Origin: Candidatus Dadabacteria bacterium
GTDB taxonomy: Bacteria; Desulfobacterota_D; UBA1144; Nemesobacterales; UBA2774
Assembly (NCBI GenBank): GCA_020849425.1
Contig: JADLGH010000084.1
Location: forward strand, 1 to 61,963
DNA: 61,963 nt
Direction of reading: 5' to 3'
The position numbers and the translations under genes are program-made. Below the pieces are notes generated by a model that saw nothing but the letters and a program-made list of their open reading frames with translations, made no database searches and was not told the origin of the DNA. Of the stretch, positions 1 through 9,230 are shown one piece after another. Position 1 is the first letter of the stretch. The number at the start of each line of letters is the position of its first letter.

Positions 1-1
1 C

Positions 2-118
2 AAACGTGGGAAGTACGAGCTCGGAGACCGCATCGATCACGCTTGCAGGTGGTTATTCCCGCTGGGATATTTCGTGCTGCTTTTCATCATATTCGGCGTA
101 GCGATGATCTTTTACTAG
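2..118 (+). CDS. 3' end of a CDS cut by the window edge; hydrophobic C-terminus (...WLFPLGYFVLLFIIFGVAMIFY*)
   Basis: Frame 2 is open from the window start to TAG at 116-118. The last ~22 aa look like a TM helix. No family can be assigned. Confidence 0.3.
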   Translation, partial: KRGKYELGDRIDHACRWLFPLGYFVLLFIIFGVAMIFY

Positions 119-205
119 TATTCCGGGGCCGGGGCCCGGGTTCTCTAATGCCGGCCATATCGATAGCCATAATTTCTTCCAGTTGAACCGGAAGAGGAGG
201 CGGTT

Positions 206-1183
206 TTAGAATGGTGCCTTGTCGGCCTTGTGGAATTTGTCCGTTACGTCGCCGGTGAGGTAGATGTCGTCGGGATCGAGGAGCATCACCGGCGCGCCGG
301 CGCCAAAATCCAGCCCCGACAGCTCCACCCATATCAGGTTGGGCGCGGTCGTAAGCTCGAAGAAGTAGCGGAGGTTCGTGAGGTCGATAGCCGTCCGGTA
401 CTCGGTGTTGTAAAGCGTGCCCGGGGCATTGTTCGGCGCGCCGAAGGGCACCGAGGCGTTGCGGGCGATGGAGAGTATGCTCGCAATCGCCTCGCGCTCG
501 GTTTTGGGCTCGGGGAGCTTCTGGAGGAAATAAGACGCGCGGATGAAGCGCTGCACAGGATCGACGTTGCCGGGAAGCGGCGTCTGCCGCGTCGAGTTGG
601 CAAAGTCGTAGCGGGCGAGGTTCTCGAGCTGCTCGTCGTAAGCGGGATCGTTCGTCAACAGCCGATATTCACGGCCGTGATGCACCACCGGCCGGCCCTC
701 GATGTATTCGACGATGGCGGAATCGCCGGACGCGTCCTCGATGGCGAGGTGGACCGTCGATTTCACGCCGTGCGCCGTAACCATGATGGGCTGAATCCCC
801 TTCATCAGCTCGACGGCCTCGGCCGCCGTCGCGGCGTTATCGAGGAAGTACTGCCCCCAGAGCCCCGCGTGCACGCCGGGTTTTGTGATGTCGCGGGGGC
901 CGTAATCCGTCGCCGTCAGGTAGAGCATGTGGATCGCGAGCCCCTTTTCGTTTACGCCGTCCGCCGTGCCGATGCCGTAAACAGTCGTGACGAGGCTGCC
1001 ATATTTTGACGTCCAGCGAGCCGGGTTCTGGACGACGACGCTTTCCTGCCCGAGCAGGCCGCCGTCGCGCTCCATGCCGCGGGGAAGTACCGTGAGCACG
1101 GGCTCGGTCGATTCCGGCCAGTCCATCGTCCGGCCTACGACGACCGCGAGTTTATTGTTGTTCCAAAGGATGCGTGTGCACAT
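206..1183 (-). CDS. Linear amide C-N hydrolase, choloylglycine hydrolase / penicillin V acylase family (Ntn hydrolase)
   Basis: 325-aa ORF beginning MCTRILW. Cys2 is the N-terminal nucleophile typical of this family, and length and overall sequence fit. Confidence 0.8.
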   Translation of the reverse strand: MCTRILWNNNKLAVVVGRTMDWPESTEPVLTVLPRGMERDGGLLGQESVVVQNPARWTSKYGSLVTTVYGIGTADGVNEKGLAIHMLYLTATDYGPRDITKPGVHAGLWGQYFLDNAATAAEAVELMKGIQPIMVTAHGVKSTVHLAIEDASGDSAIVEYIEGRPVVHHGREYRLLTNDPAYDEQLENLARYDFANSTRQTPLPGNVDPVQRFIRASYFLQKLPEPKTEREAIASILSIARNASVPFGAPNNAPGTLYNTEYRTAIDLTNLRYFFELTTAPNLIWVELSGLDFGAGAPVMLLDPDDIYLTGDVTDKFHKADKAPF

Positions 1184-1431
1184 GGGCGCTCACCATTATA
1201 CATTTATAAACCGATTGGCGCTAATCGATACCGGCGGCCGGCCGTGTAGCCCCGGAACCGAGGCCCGGGATAGCGGAAGCCCTCGAAATCAGGGCCGGGG
1301 GATCGAATCCCTTAAGGTTCGTAGCGCGCAACCCCCTCTGCCTCCTTCGCTTTTTTTATTAATTGAAGGATTAATACGAATGCGTGCATCCAAATGGGCC
1401 GTTCGTGTGTCTAATTCAGCAGGAGATAAGA

Positions 1432-1746
1432 GTGAAAACGTTGATCACATTAGCATTGATAATGTTCGCCGCGGCGTCAGGCTCGTTCGCTCAAGGCAGT
1501 GAACCGGACTCCATGCTCTTGGCAAAGGCCGATACGGAAACCCGGACGGTCCGGAATATTATCACGAAGAGAAAAGTGCCGGGCGATGCTTTCGAGAGCG
1601 AATTCGCCCACGGAGTGAATACCGGGCGGACTTACGAATCGGACACGTTGAATGTAGAAGACCTCCCGCTCGTCATGTCCAGTGCGGATAAGAAGACGGT
1701 GAGCATAGTATTGCCGCCCTTCCTATATTTCAAAACGCAGTTTTAG
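1432..1746 (+). CDS. Small secreted hypothetical protein
   Basis: GTG at 1432 lies 6 nt after AGGAG (1421-1425). N-terminus VKTLITLALIMFAAASGSFAQ looks like a signal peptide. No recognisable domain. Confidence 0.45.
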   Translation: MKTLITLALIMFAAASGSFAQGSEPDSMLLAKADTETRTVRNIITKRKVPGDAFESEFAHGVNTGRTYESDTLNVEDLPLVMSSADKKTVSIVLPPFLYFKTQF

Positions 1747-1975
1747 TGAATGGACCCCTCGGCCCGGCGTGTCCGGCGCCGTTATCACCTCGACTCGCCT
1801 TCGGTAAGTCATATCATACCGGCGATTGAAACCGTAGCGTCCCGCTGCGTCATCCTTAAAAAACTTTCCCTTTGTGTTTAATTTCCAACTGCTTTAGAAT
1901 ATCGGGAGACCGGCCTTCATGGCGTAGCTATGAATGGGGGCGGGAATTTAACATGTAAGTGCAAGCGAGGTTCGC

Positions 1976-2935
1976 ATGGTGCTGGCTAAAAACGGTGAAA
2001 TTAAAATCGAGCACCTCATTAAAAGGGCCCGGCCGTTCTCGGAGCCGTTCCGTGTTACGAGCGGCAAGGGTTTCAGGCTGAAGGACATAGACCCGGGCGA
2101 TACGCTTCATCTGCAATCGGAGGACAAGCCCCGCGCTAAAGAGGCGCTTGCCGTGGGAGTACATCTCCTGGCGGAGCTCCAGGAAATGCTCTACGCACAG
2201 GATCGCTGGTCGGTGCTTATAGTACTCCAGGCAATGGACGCCGCCGGAAAGGACGGCACGATAAAGCATATAATGTCGGGCGTGAATCCGCAGGGGTGCC
2301 AGGTGCATTCGTTCAAGGCGCCGTCGGACGAGGAGCTCGACCACGATTATCTCTGGCGGTCGATGAGGTGTCTGCCCAACCGCGGCAACATGGGCATATT
2401 CAACCGTTCGTATTACGAGGAGACGCTGGTCGTGCGCGTGCATCAGGAGTTCCTGGCAAAGCAGAAGCTCCCGCAAAAGCTGGTCACCAAGAATATCTGG
2501 AAGGAACGCTTCGAGGACATACGCAACTTCGAAAGCTATCTGGCGCGGAACGGGATAGTCGTGAGAAAGTTCTTCCTGCACGTGTCGAAGGAAGAGCAGG
2601 AAAAGCGTTTTATCGAGCGCATAGAGAATCCCGAAAAGAACTGGAAGTTTTCCGCAAGCGATATAAAGGAGCGCGCATACTGGGACGATTACATGGAAGC
2701 CTACGAGGACATGATCCGGAACACCGCTACGAAAGAGGCCCCCTGGTACGTCGTGCCCGCGGACAATAAATGGTTCACGCGCCTGGTAGTGGCGGCGGCC
2801 ATTATAGACGCCCTCGACTCTTTGGACCTCCACTATCCGAAAGTGAATAAGCGAAAGCTGGAAGAGCTGGAAGAGGCCAGAAAGACGCTTTTAAACGAGA
2901 AGGAACGCGGAAAGAAGTCGAAGAACAAGTCCTGA
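1976..2935 (+). CDS. ppk2: Polyphosphate kinase 2 family protein (polyphosphate:nucleotide phosphotransferase)
   Basis: 319 aa. The stretch VLIVLQAMDAAGKDGTIKHIMSGVNPQG (P-loop-like) ... YLWR ... NRSYYE is characteristic of single-domain PPK2. Confidence 0.9.
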   Translation: MVLAKNGEIKIEHLIKRARPFSEPFRVTSGKGFRLKDIDPGDTLHLQSEDKPRAKEALAVGVHLLAELQEMLYAQDRWSVLIVLQAMDAAGKDGTIKHIMSGVNPQGCQVHSFKAPSDEELDHDYLWRSMRCLPNRGNMGIFNRSYYEETLVVRVHQEFLAKQKLPQKLVTKNIWKERFEDIRNFESYLARNGIVVRKFFLHVSKEEQEKRFIERIENPEKNWKFSASDIKERAYWDDYMEAYEDMIRNTATKEAPWYVVPADNKWFTRLVVAAAIIDALDSLDLHYPKVNKRKLEELEEARKTLLNEKERGKKSKNKS

Positions 2936-2951
2936 TACAGAGAGGCGAACG

Positions 2952-3446
2952 ATGTCCGACGATACAGGTGAAAAGGGCGTTTCCGGGGGCGGGGAAAGGC
3001 AGGAAATGAGAACCATAGTCCAGGATCACAAGATCTTCTGGACAACGATGCCCATAGATATTCCCGTCGGGGAACAGGGACTGGTAAGGGCCGGGGTGAC
3101 CGTAGCCCTCGCGGGGACCGAGGCGGAGGGGCAGCCTCCAAAGAACGAATCCGCAAAAGCAGCCACCTTCGATTGCCTGAACAGGCTGGCGAAATGGCTT
3201 ATTTCGGAGCCCCGGCAGGGGGTACGGTTCGACATCAGAAGGCACTATAATGTCGTCTTCTTCCTTCCGGACGATCTGAGAACGAACAGAAACAATTACG
3301 TGATCAGCATAAGAATTCTCCACAGCGAGCAATTCGATACGCCGATAGGCGCGGCGCAGATAGAAGCGTTCCAGGACCTGCAAAAAAAGCTCAAGGATAT
3401 CGGTTCACCCAAGGAGCATTGGAAAGAGCATTATACGACGCTCTGA
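2952..3446 (+). CDS. Hypothetical protein
   Basis: 164-aa ORF whose codon usage resembles its neighbours (ATA, AGA, AGG). No motif recognised. An alternative start is M19. Confidence 0.4.
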   Translation: MSDDTGEKGVSGGGERQEMRTIVQDHKIFWTTMPIDIPVGEQGLVRAGVTVALAGTEAEGQPPKNESAKAATFDCLNRLAKWLISEPRQGVRFDIRRHYNVVFFLPDDLRTNRNNYVISIRILHSEQFDTPIGAAQIEAFQDLQKKLKDIGSPKEHWKEHYTTL

Positions 3447-3585
3447 GTGTTTTATCATCGGGCCGATACGCCGTCCGCCGGCTTGACAAGCGTCTCACCC
3501 GTAATGTATATACAAACGTTCAGTCGGTACAGGGGGAATGAACGGCCGGGGCCGCGGACCGGGGCCATTATCCCTTGCCCGGAAT

Positions 3586-6171
3586 CTACAATCCTGCCTT
3601 CCTTTTCATCCCGGCCGTTATGGACTGGCGTGTGGTGAAGAAGTCTTTCCACGGGTCTTCTTTTAGGGAAGAGAGCCGCGCACGCAAATTGGCGACGTTG
3701 TATTTATTCGGTGCGAGGTCGGGCGAGAGCTCGTCCCACGTTATCGGGGCGGAGACGGGGGCGCCTTTCCGCGCGCGCGTGGAATAAGCGGCGACGGCGG
3801 TGGCGTCGCGGTTATTCCGTAGATAGTCGATGAATATCTTCCCCTTCCGCTTTGCCTTGCTCATGGTGGCGATATACTTTGCGGGTTCGAGCTCTACCAT
3901 CTTATCCGCGACGGCCTTAGAGAACGATTTCATCTCGTCCCAGCCCGAGCGGCGCTGGAGCGGCACGACGACGTGAAGCCCCTTCCCTCCGGAGGTCTTG
4001 ACGAAGCTCCGGAGCCCGAGACCGTCGAGGATGTCCCTTATCTTAAACGCCGCCCCGACGACGTCCGGATAAGAGACTCCCTCGCCCGGGTCGAGGTCGA
4101 ATACCATGCGGTCCGGCCTTTCGAGCTTGTCTATACGGCTGCCCCACGGATGGATTTCGAGGACCCCTATCTGCACGAGGGAAATGAGTCCTTTTAAATC
4201 CTTTATGGTGATATAGGTCCTGTCGGCTTCCTTGCCCTCTATGAAGACGCCGTGGATCGCCTCGGGAAGGCCCTCGCCGACGTTCTTCTGATAGAAGCAC
4301 TGGCCCTGGCTCCCGCCGGGGCAGCGGACTATAGTGAGGGGGCGGTTCACAACGTGGGGCAGTATCCAGTCGGCGATGTCGGCGTAGAACCGGGCGAGCT
4401 CGGCCTTGGTGAGCCCCTGGTCGGGATAGAGAACCCTGTCGGGATGCGTGAGATGAACGCCGGCGACCGTATCCGCGGCGGGCGGGCCGTTTTTGTTGCC
4501 ATTGTTTTCTGTCATGGATCCCTCCACAGTGCTTTGCTCGCGTACTATTTCCCTTGCGGGTTTGTCTTCGCGAAGGCCCTTGAACGACGGGTGGCGAAGG
4601 ATATTGTCGTCGGTCCATTCGGTGAATTCCACCTCGGTGACGAGCTCGGGGCGGACCCAGCGTACGCCGCGGGCGTCGGCCCCGGGGGGCGGATTCACGA
4701 ACGGCGAACTTTTTCGCGGTATGGCGTCGAGCTCCTTTCTTATGTCCCTTAAAGACTTCGAATCGAATCCGGTCCCGACGCCGCCCGAGTAGACGAGATC
4801 GCCGTCGCCGTCGTAGTAGCCGAGGAGGAGAGAGCGGAAGCCCGCGCGTGAGGCCTTCGTGCTGAGCTTGTAGCCGCCGATGACGAATTCCTGGCGCTTG
4901 TGGCACTTGACCTTGAGCCAGTCGCGCGTGCGGCGCTGCACGTAAGTCGAGGCGGCGCGCTTCGAGACGATGCCTTCGAGGGACATCCTGCACGCGTCCT
5001 CGAACACGGCGGAGCCCTTGCCGAGGGTATGGTCGCTGTAGCGGATCATGCCGGGTTCGAGAGGGCCCAGAACCTTTTGGAGAAAGGTTTTACGATCGAT
5101 GAGAGGGACGCGCGTGAGGTCGAAGCCGCCGCAGTAGAGGATGTCGAAGACGAAAAAGTGGAGAGCGTTTTTCCGGGAGCCATTGAGCGCGTTCTGGAGC
5201 GCCTGGAAGTCGGAGATACCGTCCTTGCCGAGAACGACGGCCTCGCCGTCTAAAACCGCCGACTTTACGGGGAGGGCCTCCAGCGCGCGGGTGATGCCGC
5301 CGAATTTGGCCGTCCAGTCCTTGCCCTTACGGGTCAGTATCCTGACTTTGCCGCCGGCGAGTATCGAGATAAGGCGGTATCCGTCGAACTTGACCTCGTG
5401 GAGCCAGCCGTCCCCCGGGGGCGGGCTGTCCACGAGGGTTGCGAGCTCGGGGCTAATCTCCTCCGGGAGCTTTGACTTCCGTGCTCCTGAGAGCGCGGCA
5501 GGGTCGGGCAAATCGCTGCCCGGGCCATGTCCGGCAGGCTTTACTTTTTTCCGTGACGCCCGGGCGCGTTTGGACCTATCGCTCTGCCAAACCTTTCCCC
5601 CGGCAGCCGCAATCTCTTTCATTGTGCGCCCGCTCGCGACGCTCAGCGGATATTCGTCGAGGACGCTTTTTCCGCCCCTCCGTGAATAGTCGTCATTCAT
5701 TTTAATGAGGAGCCAGTTGTTTTTATCCTCGTCCACACGCCCGGCCATCCTGACGAGCGCCCATTTGCCCTTGAGCTTCTCACCGCGAAGACGGAATTCG
5801 AGCCTGCCGTTTCGAAGCCCTGCACGAGGGTCCTTTAGAGGCTCCCACGTGCCGCGGTCCCAGAGCATCACCGTGCCCGCGCCGTAGCTGCCCTCGGGGA
5901 TTATCCCCTCGAAGGAGCCGTAGCCTACGGGGTGGTCCTCGACCTCGACTGCGAGCCGTTTGTCCGACGGGTCGAGGCTCGGCCCCCTGGGCACCGCCCA
6001 GCTCTTGAGGACGCCGTCCAGCTCGAGGCGGAAGTCGTAGTGAAGCCGGCCGGCGGCGTGCTTCTGAATCACGTAGAGATGCCCTGCGCGGGACTTCCCG
6101 ACCCTGCCTTCGGGCTCGGGGGTGAGCTCGAAACGCCGCTTCTTTTTATATTCGCCGAGTCCGCCGCCCAT
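3586..6171 (-). CDS. ligD: ATP-dependent DNA ligase D (phosphoesterase - ligase - primase/polymerase order)
   Basis: 861 aa. N-terminal PE domain (HLYVIQKHAAGRLHYDFRLE), central adenylation motif EVKFDGYR, and a C-terminal LigD polymerase domain (HPDRVLYPD...). It lies 6 nt downstream of ku. Confidence 0.95.
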   Translation of the reverse strand: MGGGLGEYKKKRRFELTPEPEGRVGKSRAGHLYVIQKHAAGRLHYDFRLELDGVLKSWAVPRGPSLDPSDKRLAVEVEDHPVGYGSFEGIIPEGSYGAGTVMLWDRGTWEPLKDPRAGLRNGRLEFRLRGEKLKGKWALVRMAGRVDEDKNNWLLIKMNDDYSRRGGKSVLDEYPLSVASGRTMKEIAAAGGKVWQSDRSKRARASRKKVKPAGHGPGSDLPDPAALSGARKSKLPEEISPELATLVDSPPPGDGWLHEVKFDGYRLISILAGGKVRILTRKGKDWTAKFGGITRALEALPVKSAVLDGEAVVLGKDGISDFQALQNALNGSRKNALHFFVFDILYCGGFDLTRVPLIDRKTFLQKVLGPLEPGMIRYSDHTLGKGSAVFEDACRMSLEGIVSKRAASTYVQRRTRDWLKVKCHKRQEFVIGGYKLSTKASRAGFRSLLLGYYDGDGDLVYSGGVGTGFDSKSLRDIRKELDAIPRKSSPFVNPPPGADARGVRWVRPELVTEVEFTEWTDDNILRHPSFKGLREDKPAREIVREQSTVEGSMTENNGNKNGPPAADTVAGVHLTHPDRVLYPDQGLTKAELARFYADIADWILPHVVNRPLTIVRCPGGSQGQCFYQKNVGEGLPEAIHGVFIEGKEADRTYITIKDLKGLISLVQIGVLEIHPWGSRIDKLERPDRMVFDLDPGEGVSYPDVVGAAFKIRDILDGLGLRSFVKTSGGKGLHVVVPLQRRSGWDEMKSFSKAVADKMVELEPAKYIATMSKAKRKGKIFIDYLRNNRDATAVAAYSTRARKGAPVSAPITWDELSPDLAPNKYNVANLRARLSSLKEDPWKDFFTTRQSITAGMKRKAGL

Positions 6172-6177
6172 GGTGCG

Positions 6178-7056
6178 TCACCCGGTTTTCTTTCCGGCGC
6201 CGGAAGTCTTTTTCTTTCTGGAGGCCGTAGTTTTCGCACGGGATTTGCCGCCACCGCCGCCCTTGCCCTCTACGCTTTTCTTAAGGAGCTCCATCATGTC
6301 TATGACCTTGCCGCCCTCCTCTTCCCCGGGCTCTTCGCCGCTTTCGGGCGGCGCTTCGAGCCCCCCTGCCCCGGCCTTCTTCTGTATCCATTCCATGAGC
6401 TCGGAGCGGTATTGGTCCTGATATTTTTCGGGCTGCCATTTTACGGTCATGGCCTCGACGAGCTTCTCGGCAAGCTCGACTTCCTTCTTCGTGACCTTGT
6501 AATCGGAGAGGCTGCCCCCGGGGAGCTCGAATTCTTCGGGGTTTCGGATCTCCTGCTCGAAGCGGAGAAGCTCGAGGACCATGACGTCGCCCATTACGAA
6601 GAGGGCCGAGAGGTATTCCCGCGTGTGGATCACCACCCTGGCGATACCGACCTTGCCGCTCTTTCGAAGGACCTCGCGGAGGAGGACGTAGCCCTTCCGG
6701 CTCTTCTTGTCGGGCACCACGAAATAGGGCTTGTCGAAGTAGACGTGATCAATCGAATCGTTATCGACGAAATCCTCTATCTCTATAGTGCGAGTGGCCT
6801 CGACCGCGACTTTTTTGAATTCCTCGTCGTCGATGAGGACGTATTTGTCGTCGTCGTATTCGTAGCCCTTGACTATCCGGTCCCAGGGGACCTCTTCGCC
6901 CGTGACTTCGTTAATGCGTGAATAGCGTATTTTCGCTTTGTCACGGCTGTCGAGGAGCTTGAAATGAAGATCGAACCTTTTTTCGGCGGAGTAAAGGGTT
7001 ATGGGAATGCTTACGAGACCGAACGATATGTGCCCTTTCCATATGGGACGCGCCAT
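6178..7056 (-). CDS. ku: Non-homologous end joining protein Ku
   Basis: 292 aa, starting MARPIWKGHISFGLVSIPITLYSA, with a Lys/Gly-rich basic C-terminal tail. Forms an operon with ligD. Confidence 0.95.
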   Translation of the reverse strand: MARPIWKGHISFGLVSIPITLYSAEKRFDLHFKLLDSRDKAKIRYSRINEVTGEEVPWDRIVKGYEYDDDKYVLIDDEEFKKVAVEATRTIEIEDFVDNDSIDHVYFDKPYFVVPDKKSRKGYVLLREVLRKSGKVGIARVVIHTREYLSALFVMGDVMVLELLRFEQEIRNPEEFELPGGSLSDYKVTKKEVELAEKLVEAMTVKWQPEKYQDQYRSELMEWIQKKAGAGGLEAPPESGEEPGEEEGGKVIDMMELLKKSVEGKGGGGGKSRAKTTASRKKKTSGAGKKTG

Positions 7057-7294
7057 TTTCGTCTCCCCCCTGAAAGCCCGAGGGCTTTCGGCCGGCCGGG
7101 AAAAGCTGCCTGCATGCCCCGGCCCCTTTGACTAATTCTACTCCATATAGCGCCGGAACACAGGAAAAATTAGAGACGGTTACTTACATGCGCTCGAGGG
7201 CGCAGAAAGAGAGACGGGCACGCGGAGACGGACCGCGCCCCTTCCGTGAGAAAAAAGCGGGCGTCCCCGCCGTCCGGAGCCCGTACCTGCGCGT

Positions 7295-7720
7295 TCAGCT
7301 TTCGAGGACGGCGGCGAGGGTGATGTCCGCGTTAAGGAGCTTCGATATCGGACAGCCCTTTTTCGCATTATCCGCCGCCTTCCGGAACGTATCGTTATCT
7401 GCGCCGGGTATCTTCGCCCTGAGATCGAGGTGCACCTTCGTGACAGTGAAACCCTGGTCGGCTTTTTCGAGCGTTACCGCGGCCGTCGTTTTAATGCTGT
7501 CGGCCGTGAGGTTGAAACCGGCGAGCTCGAGCGAAAGAGCCATCGAGAAGCAGCCCGCGTGAGCGGCCGCTATGAGCTCTTCGGGGTTGGTACCCTTACC
7601 ATCTTCGAAGCGGGTTTTAAAGGAATACGGGGAACTGGACAGGACCCCGCTTTCGGTCGATATCGTACCCTCCCCGTTTTTAAGGTCTCCCTTCCATTCG
7701 GCAGATGCGCTTCTTTTCAT
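7295..7720 (-). CDS. osmC: OsmC family peroxiredoxin
   Basis: The true start is the internal ATG at 7720, preceded by GGGAGG. It reads [13 protein letters not shown]...[18 protein letters not shown]...KKGCPIS, with the two conserved Cys. Confidence 0.9.
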   Translation of the reverse strand: MKRSASAEWKGDLKNGEGTISTESGVLSSSPYSFKTRFEDGKGTNPEELIAAAHAGCFSMALSLELAGFNLTADSIKTTAAVTLEKADQGFTVTKVHLDLRAKIPGADNDTFRKAADNAKKGCPISKLLNADITLAAVLES

Positions 7721-7771
7721 GATTCCTCCCGCCCGGAACGTTTTCCGGAATTTTATCTGGTATATATTTCT

Positions 7772-7780
7772 ATTATACCA
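7772..7780 (-). promoter_or_regulatory. Candidate extended -10 element (TGgTATAAT) for osmC
   Basis: The minus strand reads cttGGTATAATag about 55 nt upstream of the osmC ATG. The -35 is poor. Confidence 0.3.
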
Positions 7781-7887
7781 AGCGCGCGGATTTACGCCCG
7801 TGGGATCTGGAGGGCTTTCGATGCTACGGGCGCATGCGCAGGGCGCACGGGGGCCTGACACGCATGATTCATACCCGCAGGCACGGC

Positions 7888-7937
7888 TTTACAAACCCGT
7901 CGAAACGAGTATGATAATGAGTGAGCACTCACTCATT
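7888..7937 (+). promoter_or_regulatory. Candidate nnrS promoter TTTACA-16-TATGAT followed immediately by a perfect palindrome AATGAGTGAG-ca-CTCACTCATT
   Basis: -35 at 7888-7893, -10 at 7910-7915, palindrome at 7916-7937, SD AAGGAG at 7939-7944, TTG start at 7952. Confidence 0.45.
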
Positions 7938-7951
7938 CAAGGAGCACGGCG

Positions 7952-9190
7952 TTGAAGAAGATAAACAAGGAAAACAGGGATACGATTTTCGACCCGGCGA
8001 TGAGGACTTTCTTCATCCTGGCTACGATCGCCTCCATATATTATCTGGTCCTCTGGACGGCGTATTACACGTTCAAGCTCAAGTTGAACTTCACCAGCAT
8101 GTCGCCGCTCATGTGGCATGCGCACGAGATGCTGTTCGGCTATACAGTGGCCGTCATAGCCGGGTTCCTCCTGACCATAGAAAGATACTGGTCGGGGCTC
8201 GTGATAAACAAGAAATCCGCGCTCGTTTCGCTTCTCGTGCTCTGGATCCTCGCCAGGGTGTTCTTATCGCTTACGCTGGTGACGGACATTTCGTATAAGA
8301 TCGGCGCCGTGTTCGACTGCCTCTTCCTTATAGTCCTTACATTCAGGGTGCTCTACCCCGTAATCAAAACGCGGGACCGGGAAAAAACCGCGCTTACGGC
8401 GCACCTGGCCATCATAGCGGCGAGTAACGTGCTCTTTTACCTCGGGGTAGCCGGTGTGCTGCCGAACGGGCAGCGATGGGGCATTTATTCGGCCCTCTAC
8501 GTCGTCATATCCATCATAATCCTGATGGGGAGGAGGATGATCCCTATATTCATCAGGAACGGCCTTCAGTTTACATTCGAGCCCAAGAACCGAAGGAGCA
8601 TAGATATACTGAGCGTCATCTTCTTCCTCCTGTTTTATTTTCTCGAGGTCTTTTTCGCAAACGCGAGGCTGGCGTCGATGACAGCCGGGGTGCTGGCCGT
8701 CATTTACTCGGTAAGGCTCTACGGGTGGTATTCGAACCAGATCTGGGGGAAGCCCATGCTGTGGGTCCTTTTCGTGGCGTACTCGTGGATAGTCGTCGGA
8801 TTCGCGCTCAAGTTCCTTTCGCTTTACGTCGCGATCCCCCAAATGCCGGCCCTCCACAGCTTCGTTTACGGCGGCATAGGGATGATGACGATAGGCTTCA
8901 TGACGCGTGCGACTCTCGGACACACGGGAAGGAACGTATTCGAGCCGCCCGCAATAGTGCTCTGGATATTCTCCATATTGTTACTGGGGTCGGTGGTAAG
9001 GGTGTTCTTCCCGATCGTGGACATGGGTCATTACATAGTATGGATAGCCGCGGCGCAGGTGTTGTGGATACTGGCGTTCTCGATATTCGCGGTTGTATTC
9101 CTGCCGATGCTGTGGAATCCGCCGCTCGATAACGGGATGGAGGTATCACACGCGCACAACCGGATGCGCCAGGAAGTGGCGCGGAGCTAG
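7952..9190 (+). CDS. nnrS: NnrS family membrane protein (haem/copper protein linked to NO stress)
   Basis: 412 aa and polytopic. [21 protein letters not shown] is the NnrS signature. TTG start with SD. Confidence 0.85.
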   Translation: MKKINKENRDTIFDPAMRTFFILATIASIYYLVLWTAYYTFKLKLNFTSMSPLMWHAHEMLFGYTVAVIAGFLLTIERYWSGLVINKKSALVSLLVLWILARVFLSLTLVTDISYKIGAVFDCLFLIVLTFRVLYPVIKTRDREKTALTAHLAIIAASNVLFYLGVAGVLPNGQRWGIYSALYVVISIIILMGRRMIPIFIRNGLQFTFEPKNRRSIDILSVIFFLLFYFLEVFFANARLASMTAGVLAVIYSVRLYGWYSNQIWGKPMLWVLFVAYSWIVVGFALKFLSLYVAIPQMPALHSFVYGGIGMMTIGFMTRATLGHTGRNVFEPPAIVLWIFSILLLGSVVRVFFPIVDMGHYIVWIAAAQVLWILAFSIFAVVFLPMLWNPPLDNGMEVSHAHNRMRQEVARS

Positions 9191-9212
9191 GGGAGCTTGT
9201 CGCGCCGAGCGC
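9187..9212. repeat. Left copy of a 26-27-bp direct repeat flanking ada
   Basis: ctaggggagcttgtcgcgccgagcgc matches 10396-10422 (ctagggaagcttgtcgcgctcgagcgc) with 1 mismatch and 1 indel. Confidence 0.8.
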
Positions 9213-9230
9213 GGCGCGCGGCTCTACGCT

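Noticed and set aside
1240-1330. tRNA-like stretch (gccct-cgaaatc-agggc followed by gggggatcgaatccc)
   Set aside because: Position 33 of the putative anticodon loop is G rather than U. The variable region would be about 1 nt, the T loop has A54, the acceptor pairs only 5 of 7, and the D arm is poor. At best it is a decayed tRNA fragment and cannot be called a gene.
7916-7937. The 10-2-10 palindrome as a Rho-independent terminator
   Set aside because: No U tract follows on either strand. It lies between a -10 element and the nnrS SD, so an operator or leader hairpin is more plausible.
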